Source: Octopus bimaculoides (lineage: Eukaryota). Taken from it: 48,359 nt of DNA. The position numbers and the translations under genes were made by a program. The stretch lies in NCBI RefSeq assembly GCF_001194135.2, contig NC_069008.1, positions 11,872,170-11,920,528 of the forward strand, given 5' to 3'. The notes under the pieces were generated by a model. It was given only the letters and a program-made list of their open reading frames with translations. It did no database searches and was not told the origin of the DNA. Positions 39,828 to 48,359 of this stretch are shown here, piece by piece; positions within the stretch are counted from its first letter, which is position 1; each line of letters starts with the position of its first letter.

Positions 39828-40079
39828 TTTTTTGATCCACCCTAATTTTGTCAGGTCTAGTATATATTTGATCGATTCAAGATGCAGGACACAAACACGC
39901 ACAAATGTAAACAAGAGTGTATATTTTCGTGACTTTCAGCTCTCAGACATCAGAACTTTATCGGATGTAGCTCTTACGTTAAGTAAGTTTGGCCACCCTT
40001 GCTTATAGCATCTCTTGATTTTAAGTGGGACATGGTATAAATAATATAACAATAATGCCAGAGTACAAGGCAAGCATCG

Positions 40080-40252
40080 AACGATCAGTTGTTACGGTCC
40101 GAAATAAAAAGCGGAAGTGATATCCAAAAGTAAACAAAGAACCTGCGCGTGGATCCGTGAAATGGTTTTGGCGCCAGGAGCAGCAGGTTCGTACTTGTTT
40201 ATTCTGTTCAAGTTTCCTTGATGCAACCGAAAGTAGGAAGCTGTTATTCGAG
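40080..40252 (+). promoter_or_regulatory. Putative CpG-rich promoter and non-coding first exon
   Basis: Local CpG enrichment, ETS-type GCGGAAGTG (40111-40119), E2F-type TTTTGGCGCC (40166-40175) and a strong donor GAG|GTAAGA at 40252/40253. Confidence 0.45.
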
Positions 40253-40527
40253 GTAAGACTAAAATATATTCTACTGTAAACAATTTCGGAGAATAACGAG
40301 TAAAATATATCAGGAAATGTGAGAATCACTAGTGAAATGATAAGTCCGTTTGATGTTGTGTGACACAGGTAGCGAACCTGCAATGAGTGCAAGATAAGGT
40401 GGACATTTTATGGCAAGTATATCTAGGAGGAAATGAATAATATTGCTAATTTCATGCGACCTTGGTGTGTAAAAAGAGTAAGTGAAGTAGCAACCGAGGT
40501 ACTATTTCAGAAGAGTGGTCCCGGTGC

Positions 40528-41967
40528 GCGCACTCGTTCTTCCGCTCTAGGTAGTCGTGAGTAGTCGATGCTACAATGCAAATCGCTAAATGCGCACATG
40601 TTACCATTGATTTGGCTGTGCACTGAGCGGGAAAAATCATTTCTACGGAAAGCCTTGTGGTTAGCAGTTCGCTTAAATTTCTGGACGTACGATATTGGTC
40701 ATTGATTTTAAAAATGATTTACAATATATTACCATATATTGAAGATTACGATGCGGCATATTCATTTCTGAAGGAGAAGAAAGTTCTAAACAGTGTTGCT
40801 CCCCAATGTTCAATTTGCCAGAAGGAAATGACATTGATAAAGCAGAAGGAAGGGAAGATATTTCGTTGTCCCAAACATAAAGCTATAAAAGAGTCCATTA
40901 AGAAGTTTTCGTTTCTGGAAAATTCGAAATTGCGACTACAGGACTTTATTCTTCTCAGTTATCTCTGGTCCCAAAATATAGCCGTACATCCATCGTCCGA
41001 GATGACCGGTCTTTCAAAATCTACTGTTGTTCAATGGTATCAGTACATGAGGGACATTACAAGCAATTATCTTGTGCGTAACCCCTACCAAATTGGTGGA
41101 CTTGGGCACATCGTTGAAATAGACGAACCTAAGATGTGCAAGCAAAAGTGCAATAGAGGGAGAACGTCACAGGAGAGGTGGGTTTTTGGAGGATGGGACA
41201 GAAAAGACAAAAAAGGGTTTTTAGTCTTTGTACCTGACCATTCTTCTGAAACTCTTCTACCACTTTTTAGAAGATATATCAAACCAGGGACGATTATATA
41301 TTCGAATTGTTGGAGTGCGTACAACGGGATTAGTGAAATAGATGTGACACCAAAATACACTCATTTCAAAGTGAACCAAACCGAAAACTTTGTCGATCCT
41401 AATGTTCATACCGATTCGGTGAAATGCTATTGGAAAAACGCAAAACGACATTTTAAGCATATGATGGGGGAACAAACAGACATGATTGAATCATATTTGG
41501 ACGAATTTCTTTGGCGGGAACAATATGGCAAAACTGGAAATGAATGTTTTGAAAACATTTTCAAACATCTTTCAGAATGGTTCGCATTCAAGTAACATTT
41601 TATTTTATTGTTTGGTGGAAGATTTTATTCAATTGTGCCAAGAGTATACAATCTAATGTTGCGTGTCCATTTCTTTGTCCATATAACACATATTTTCTTT
41701 TGCATTTTGAACATTATACACTGCATTCTTCCAATATTAATTGACGACTCTCGGCATTTTCGAACGAATTGCAAGAACTGTGTGATATTCAATTTCTTTA
41801 TTTGTTATGAAAGCAAAAACATATTTCCTGAAATTGCAAATTATTTAAAATATAAAAATATAATTTTCAACAGAGAGAATTTATCAAAATAGAAAACAAA
41901 TGAAGTTTGAAGTTTAAAAATAATAGGATCGACCACTCACGACTAGCTAGCGCGGACGCGAGTACCC
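40528..41967 (+). mobile_element. Merlin (IS1595/ISXO2-like) DNA transposon
   Basis: Imperfect TIRs: core 40547-40573 vs reverse complement of 41924-41950, 24/27 identical, extending to ACTCG further out. They enclose a transposase ORF. No TSD found. Confidence 0.8.
40714..41595 (+). CDS. Merlin/IS1595-family transposase, 293 aa, open frame, probably catalytically inactive
   Basis: Zn-ribbon CSIC...FRCPKH, IGGLGHIVEIDE, NRGR, WVFGG, TLLPL...IKPGTII and YLDEFLWR. The usual SD.W and IE..W read SNCW and VKCYW. The ORF track start at 40657 is a non-ATG codon. Confidence 0.85.
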   Translation: MIYNILPYIEDYDAAYSFLKEKKVLNSVAPQCSICQKEMTLIKQKEGKIFRCPKHKAIKESIKKFSFLENSKLRLQDFILLSYLWSQNIAVHPSSEMTGLSKSTVVQWYQYMRDITSNYLVRNPYQIGGLGHIVEIDEPKMCKQKCNRGRTSQERWVFGGWDRKDKKGFLVFVPDHSSETLLPLFRRYIKPGTIIYSNCWSAYNGISEIDVTPKYTHFKVNQTENFVDPNVHTDSVKCYWKNAKRHFKHMMGEQTDMIESYLDEFLWREQYGKTGNECFENIFKHLSEWFAFK

Positions 41968-42725
41968 TTATACTCTGTGTTGTGTTTTCAAACGCATGGA
42001 TATAGGTGTCGAATTTGTTCCAATAACTTTCGAGTAATAGATAGATAGATAGAGAGACAGACAGACAGACATATAGCTCGCTCCGGCCAGTCATGGTATT
42101 AGCTGTCAGTAGCCAAAGAATCGACAGGCCAGCAACAGACAGATACTTCACTAGCAGTGAGCACTTTCACTTCTGACAGCTAATCTTCGGCTAATCTTTC
42201 AGCTAATCTTCGGTAGTTTTCGTCGCCTTTTTCTAGAGAGGATAAGGCATAGAGCAAGGTGGGACTGGGGAAAGGCAACAAAAACTGCCGGTGATTGCCA
42301 CTGTTTAAAAAAGCCATTACATACTGTTTAAAAAAAATCATTGGATGCTGTTTTTTTTAAAAAAAACATAAAAAGTGTGTCAAGTTACCATAACAGCTTT
42401 TATTTACTTTGTTTTAAAAAATTACTTGCGGGACAGCGGCTAAAAAACTTCCCTAACCCTAATTTATATACACAACTGGTACACGTGTGCTAATTACCCA
42501 CATTAACTTATGTAGGTTGAACTTAGTAAAATGGTGGAGGAAATAAAAAACCTAGTTTCTTGCAATATACACCAATTCATACATTTAAAGCAAAATTTTT
42601 TCAGGGGCTCTTGAAATACTGTTGTGAACCCCCACCCTTCAAATCTTATATGGACCCGAGTTGGGAACCACTGATGTAGGGTGATATAAATGTATAATTG
42701 ACTGGTCTTAGTGTTTAATAGAAGT

Positions 42726-42790
42726 GGAGGTGCAATGGCCCAGTGGTTAGGGCAGCGGACTCACGGTTATAGGATCGCCAACAACAGCAA
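42726..42790 (+). mobile_element. Internally deleted SINE family C (65 bp) with TSD
   Basis: Head 42726-42778 is joined directly to the CAACAACAGCAA tail; TAGTGTTTAATAGA is duplicated at 42709-42722 and 42791-42804. Confidence 0.85.
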
Positions 42791-43399
42791 TAGTGTTTAA
42801 TAGAGGCACTTCTACTTAGGCTATTTAGCCTGCTAGAAATAACTGCCAAATATCTCTGAAATCAAGCTGTACTATCTTAAAGAAATCATTTATTGGACAA
42901 CATTATTGCTGATATACAAAAAGCTAGGCTGGTCATGATTGGAACGCCTTTCACCCATATTTCTGTTTGACCAGGACTGATCTTGGACTAAACAACTAAG
43001 TTTACTCCAAACTATAAAAGGAAGGCCTCTCTAGAGTCGCTTAACTTACTAGAAATAGCAGCCAAGTGATCCTGAAGTCGTGCCTCTTAAGTGAACAGTA
43101 TTTTTCTTTGTTTATAAAATTATATATTGATTGGATGGCTACTGCTGGACTGCCTTTATCTTATTTTTGTAATTGTGCATATACACACTCTAAGTAAGTA
43201 GCAGCATATGAAGAGAAACGAAGTCCATTTTGTGTTTGTGTTTCTCATTTTCCTTACAGATGTGGTTGGGTGGTTAAGAAGTTTGCTTCCCAACCATATG
43301 GTTTAGGGTTCAGTCCCACTGTGTGGCGTCTTGGGCTAGTGTCAGCTCTGTAGCCTTGTGAGTGTATTTAGTAAACAGAAACTGAATGAAGCCTGTTGT

Positions 43400-43945
43400 C
43401 ATCATCATCCTCATTTAACTGCTGTTCTCCATGTTGGGTTGGGTTCAACAGTTTGACCAGAGCTGGTAAGGTCAAGGGTCACACAGGCTCCATTATCTGG
43501 TATGGTTTCTATGGCTGGACACCCTTCCTAATGCCATCCACTCCACAGAGTTTACTGGGTGCTTTTTATGTGGCACCAGCACCAAGATCAATTCTGCTGT
43601 GGCAGATGGGTCTTCTTGAGTACAGCAATGCACCAGGTATCTCGGTCCTTAATCATCTCCTTTGTAAGGCTCACTGTCTTCAGATCAGACTTCTATACTT
43701 CAGTGTGTGTGTGTGTATAGATCATCATCATCGTTTAAGATCTGCTTTCCATGCTAGCATGGGTTGGACGATTTGACTGAGGACTGGTGCAACCAGATGG
43801 CTACACCAGGCTCTAATCTGATTTGGCAGAGTTTCTACAGCTGGATGCCCTTCCTAACGCCAACCACTCCGAGAGTGTAGTGGGTGCTTTTACGTGCCAC
43901 CGGCACGAAGGCCAGTCAGGCAGTACTGGCAACGGCCACGCTCAT
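43400..43945 (-). mobile_element. Two related SINE-like repeats with (ATC)n ends (possibly RTE-tail family)
   Basis: CATCATC...TTTAA...TCCATG...GGGTTGG...GGATGCCCTTCCTAACGCCAACCACTCC motifs occur twice; there is a fragment at 8176-8217. Confidence 0.55.
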
Positions 43946-43954
43946 ATTTTTTTT

Positions 43955-44311
43955 TCTTTTACATGTTTCAATCATTTGATTGCAGCCATGCTGGAGCACC
44001 ACCTTTAGTCAAACAAATTAACCCCGGGACTTATTCTTTGTAAGCCTAGTACTTATTCTACCAGTTTCTTTTACCGAAGGGGACGTAAACACATCAACAT
44101 CAGTTGTCAAGTGGCGGTGGGGACATAAGCACAGACAAAAATACATACACACACACACTTATATATGACTGGCTTCTTTCAGTTTCCGTCTATCAAATCT
44201 ACTCACAAGGTTTTGGTCAGCCCAAGGCTATAGTAGAAGACACTTGCACAAGGTGCCACGCTGTGGGACTGAACCCGGAATTATGTAGTTGGGAAGCAAG
44301 CTTCCTGCCAC
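43955..44311 (-). mobile_element. SINE family A
   Basis: Collinear with 7522-7896. Confidence 0.85.
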
Positions 44312-44357
44312 CTTTGTGCCTATCTATATCTATATATATATGCATAAAAGCACCCAG

Positions 44358-44388
<31 letters not shown>

Positions 44389-45936
44389 CTAGGCTGCCCA
44401 TGACCTGCTGGGTCACCAATAGTTCAAAGTACCCGAAAAAAACTGCGTATTTCAGAAAATCATGGTCTGATTCACACAAGACCTGTTTTATTCCATTTGT
44501 ATTCACAGTTCAATGGTACCTTACTTTCAAAGCATTTTCCCATTATGTACTGGTTTGGCTGTATTAAATTACAGACAAGCACACAAGCAAGCAAGGACAG
44601 TTTTAGTAGTAGTAGTATATATAATACAAAGAATATATATGCATGTATACACACGTATATGTACATACTTACATCTACATGTGTATATAGATGCATATCA
44701 GGGTACAGGACGTTAAGACAATGAACTACAGACAACAACGAACACATAGGAAAACAGATAGCCACTTGGAATAAATCCTTCATCAGCTGCCTCTATTCTA
44801 ACTAGACGTTTCGTAGATAAGGCAGTGTATATATATATTTATATATATAACATCACAATTGGTTCCAGTTGACTGGTTGTAAGTCAGCCTATAGGCCTAC
44901 ATAGCTCTGTTCTATATTTTTACATTCTTAAGGGGCATTCTCAGGCAAAAGTCAAACCATTCTGTATTACACTGTTATATTGATGTTAGTCAAAAATTTT
45001 GGTGTCTCAAGCGGTCAGCTTATAAACATATACAAGGTTTCCTTGATGTCTCAAGATATTCATCCAACACTTGGGATAACCAGTGGTGATCAATAACCAA
45101 ACTTAGGGGAAGCATTTGTTAGCTGACTCCACCCATAGACAGGTTAATTTCTAAGAAATTAAACCCATTCGATTTCAACTGGACTATTTATTATTGCTCC
45201 TGGGAGCTGGTGTGCCAATCATCATAAAGTCAATTGGTTATAAGTCAACAACGACCTGTATATATATATGTTTGTGTGTGTGTGTGTTTTACTGTCTCCT
45301 TACCATAACATCATGTGGTAATTGTAAATGAGTGTCTCTGTCATGCAAGTAGTGCCCTTCATATCCACTTTTCCATGAAAACATGTCTGATCCTGAGAAA
45401 ATAGTACTTTACTTGGTGACTGGAAGTGCATCTGGCTGCAGAAAGTCTGCTTCAATACATTCTAACTCATGCAAGTATGAAAAAGTCTGAAAGAGAATTT
45501 ATAGTTTACAAATAAGTTGGTTTCACACAATTTTGATAACAAATTTAAAAAATGATATTCAGTTGTTCAGATTAATATTTATTTCAACAGTTTATTGTCC
45601 TAGAAATGTAGTAAAATATTCTTGTATCTCTACTGTTTGTGTTTGTTCTATATCTTACATTGTTATTTATTATTTCAGATTATCCAGTGACTGGTATCAA
45701 AGACTTATATCAGATGTATTATGAATATTCATCATCTGTTGAAGACCAAAGGAAAATGTTACATATTTTACTTACATAAAACATGTGTTGATTGTTAATC
45801 AGATCAAAATTTACTTGAGTATATTCTATAATTTCTAAAATTGGTCTATGGCAAATCCTCTTGCAACTGAAATAGCAATGTTTTTCTTCTACATTGTCTG
45901 GAATATTTCTAGAAGATGATTTTGTATTCTATTTAA

Positions 45937-46139
45937 CCCTTTAGCAACAAGATTACTCTGTCAAATGTAATTACTCATTTATTCCTGCATTATCCTGTAA
46001 CCTTGAGGTTTCGATGATGTGATTGTTTATATTCAAAATGACATTCTAGTGGGAGGTGTGAGATACCAGATCTGGCCAGTTTGATCATAAAGCAAGGAGA
46101 ATATTTTGGCTGGATATGGCCAGTTTAGATGCTAAAGGG
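45937..46139. mobile_element. piggyBac-type MITE, same family as 33650-33869, opposite orientation
   Basis: TTAA|CCCTTTAGCA ... ATGCTAAAGGG|TGAA; the internal GATTACTCTGTCAAATG resembles the reverse complement of the first copy. Confidence 0.75.
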
Positions 46140-46397
46140 TGAAACTTGGACGAATTTACAAAGGTGTTTGCAACATTTTGTGATGTCAACAGAGATCGCA
46201 ATTGATGGAAATATAACAGTTGAAATATTTATGAATAATAAACTATAAGGAAGGCAGAAAAGAAAAGTGTACCTATGATGTGATAAGGAAAAAATAATGA
46301 AAACCTAAATTATGTAAGAACTTTTAACGTTTCAATTTTCCAGAAGAGATGTCAAAAGTGAAAAGCAAATCATCACGTTGTTAGGATATCTGTAAAA

Positions 46398-47717
46398 ATG
46401 TTGTCATCTCTTGAATCTGACTTTATTAAGCACAAACGTATTCATACAGGAAAGAAGGCATACCACTGTGATATATGTGGCAAATCATTCTCTCAAAATA
46501 AAAACTTGACTACACACAAACATATTCATACAGGAAAGAAACCATATCATTGTGACATTTGTGGTAAATCATTCTCTCAAAACGGATATGTAGCTATTCA
46601 CAAACGTGTTCATACAGGAGAGAAGCCCTACCAGTGTGACACCTGTGGTAAATCATTCTCAGAAAATGGAGTCTTAACTAAGCACAAACGTATTCATACA
46701 GGAGAGAAACCATATCAGTGTGATGTCTGTGGTAAATCATTCTCTGAAAATGGAATTTTAAGTAAGCACAAACGTATTCACACTGTAGAAAAGCCATATT
46801 ATTGTGATATTTGTGGTAAATCATTCCCACAAAATAGTGGACTAACAGTTCACAGACGTATTCATACAGGTGAAAGACCGTATCACTGTGATGTCTGTGG
46901 TAAGTCATTCTCTAGAAGTAGTGACTTACCTAAACATATGCGCGTTCATACCGGAGAGAGGCCATTTCATTGTGATATCTGTGGTAAATCATTCTCTCAA
47001 ACTGGCATCTTGTCTAAACACAAACGTTCTCATACTGGAGAGAAACCATATCAGTGTGACATCTGTGGCAGTTCATTCTCTTGTGGATATACCTTAACTA
47101 GACACAAACGTATTCATAAAGGAGTGAAACCACATCACTGTGATATCTGTGGTACATCGTTTTCCCAAACGTATAACTTAGCTACTCACAAGCGTATTCA
47201 TACAGGAGAGAAACCATATCACTGTAATATCTGTGGTAAGTCATTCTCTCAGTGTAGTGTACTGACAACTCACAAGCGTATTCATACAGGAGAAAAGCCA
47301 TACCAGTGTTCTCTCTGTAGTGAATCATTCTCTGGAAATAGTGACTTAGCAAGACACAAGCTTATTCATACTGGAGAGAAACCATATCACTGTGATGCTT
47401 GTGATAAATCATTCTCTTATAGTCATTCCTTAACTGCACATAAACATATTCATACAGGAGAGAAGCCATATTGCTGTGATATCTGTGGTAAATCATTCTC
47501 TCAGATATATGCCTTAACTGCTCACAATCGTGTTCATACAGGAGAGAAACCATATAAGTGTGATATCTGCAATAAATCATTCTCTGAAGCTGGGCACTTA
47601 AATAGACATAAACGTATTCATACAGGAGAGAAGCCATATCACTGTGATGTCTGTGGTAGATCATTTTCTCAAAAATGTCACTTAACCAGACATGTGACTA
47701 TTCATACTAAATCATAA
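46398..47717 (+). CDS. C2H2 zinc-finger protein (ZNF-2), 439 aa, 15 complete fingers
   Basis: Uninterrupted 28-aa finger repeats with TGEKP-type linkers. It starts in the second half of a broken finger ([16 protein letters not shown]). Confidence 0.93.
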   Translation: MLSSLESDFIKHKRIHTGKKAYHCDICGKSFSQNKNLTTHKHIHTGKKPYHCDICGKSFSQNGYVAIHKRVHTGEKPYQCDTCGKSFSENGVLTKHKRIHTGEKPYQCDVCGKSFSENGILSKHKRIHTVEKPYYCDICGKSFPQNSGLTVHRRIHTGERPYHCDVCGKSFSRSSDLPKHMRVHTGERPFHCDICGKSFSQTGILSKHKRSHTGEKPYQCDICGSSFSCGYTLTRHKRIHKGVKPHHCDICGTSFSQTYNLATHKRIHTGEKPYHCNICGKSFSQCSVLTTHKRIHTGEKPYQCSLCSESFSGNSDLARHKLIHTGEKPYHCDACDKSFSYSHSLTAHKHIHTGEKPYCCDICGKSFSQIYALTAHNRVHTGEKPYKCDICNKSFSEAGHLNRHKRIHTGEKPYHCDVCGRSFSQKCHLTRHVTIHTKS

Positions 47718-48359
47718 TTGTGTTAATAACAAGTTTGAATCTTTTTACTCACTTCTTAACCCTTTTGTTCCCAAATTCCTGTTAAAACACACTACCTTTG
47801 TTTTAATAAATTCTTTGAAAGAATATTATATCTTTTATAACAGTGTTATGTCTATCTCCCTATACTATATTTTTAATATAAATATTCTCGTAAAATACTC
47901 CAATATTCAATCTGGCATATTTCCACAAGGAAGAAACAATACTATTGATTTACTCATTTTTGAGCAAATAATGAGAAATGTATTCTCATAAATTATATAT
48001 ATATATATATGATGATGATGATGATGATCTTTTCTCCCGCCATGCCTCTGTCTACCCCTCCATCCTCTCTCTCCCCCTTCGTAGTTTTTCCTTTAAGGTC
48101 TTCAGGTTCTGGCTATATATAAATGAGAAACCCATTCTAAATTATCTAGCTGACGTACTATGACGAAATACCCAAGATGCAGATAAGATAGAGATTTTTA
48201 TTTATTTACGGCCTCAAACATCTCAATACCTTGCGCTTTCTTGTTTCTCTCCATGAAATTCAATTGAATTCAGTTGTTGTCTTAAATTCATGCTTATTCA
48301 TTTTCTAAGCTTCCTAAATTCATGCTACGTTATATTCTAATCACCCAGAATTCATTGCT

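Noticed and set aside
41945-41967. CGCGTCCGCG-CTAG on the minus strand as a Helitron 3' end
   Set aside because: Better explained as the right Merlin TIR (24/27 match to 40547-40573); hairpin-to-CTAG spacing is atypical.
40519-41976. Target-site duplication for the Merlin element
   Set aside because: The flanks (CCCGGTGC and TTATACTC) do not match, so the exact termini remain provisional.

Overview
AT-rich, repeat-dense eukaryotic genomic DNA with four assembly gaps. It is most likely an octopus scaffold; this is inferred from the single-exon C2H2 zinc-finger arrays with a MEKELCED...NFPDD leader and from SINE families I recognise as octopus-like. Host genes, all on +: (1) a five-coding-exon gene (9237-27529) invisible to the ORF track, whose splice phases all match. 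It encodes a ~281-aa secreted protein with a signal peptide, a degenerate PAN/apple-like module and a ~185-aa domain I cannot name. (2) Two tandem C2H2-ZNF genes (31831-33272, split by a gap flanked by a 281-bp duplicate; 46398-47717, 15 fingers, ancestral leader decayed). Between the ZNFs are a CpG-rich promoter-like segment bracketed by inverted copies of a Merlin (IS1595-like) left end, and a Merlin element whose 293-aa transposase ORF is open but has lost two of three catalytic acidic residues. The rest is mobile-element debris: Helitrons, three R4/Dong-like LINEs inside (ATT)n runs, RTE and L1/Tx1-like fragments, Chapaev3-like and hAT fossils, piggyBac-type MITEs, several tRNA-derived SINE families and microsatellites. 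No rRNA, true tRNA or CRISPR. All calls come from reading the sequence; no database searches were run.
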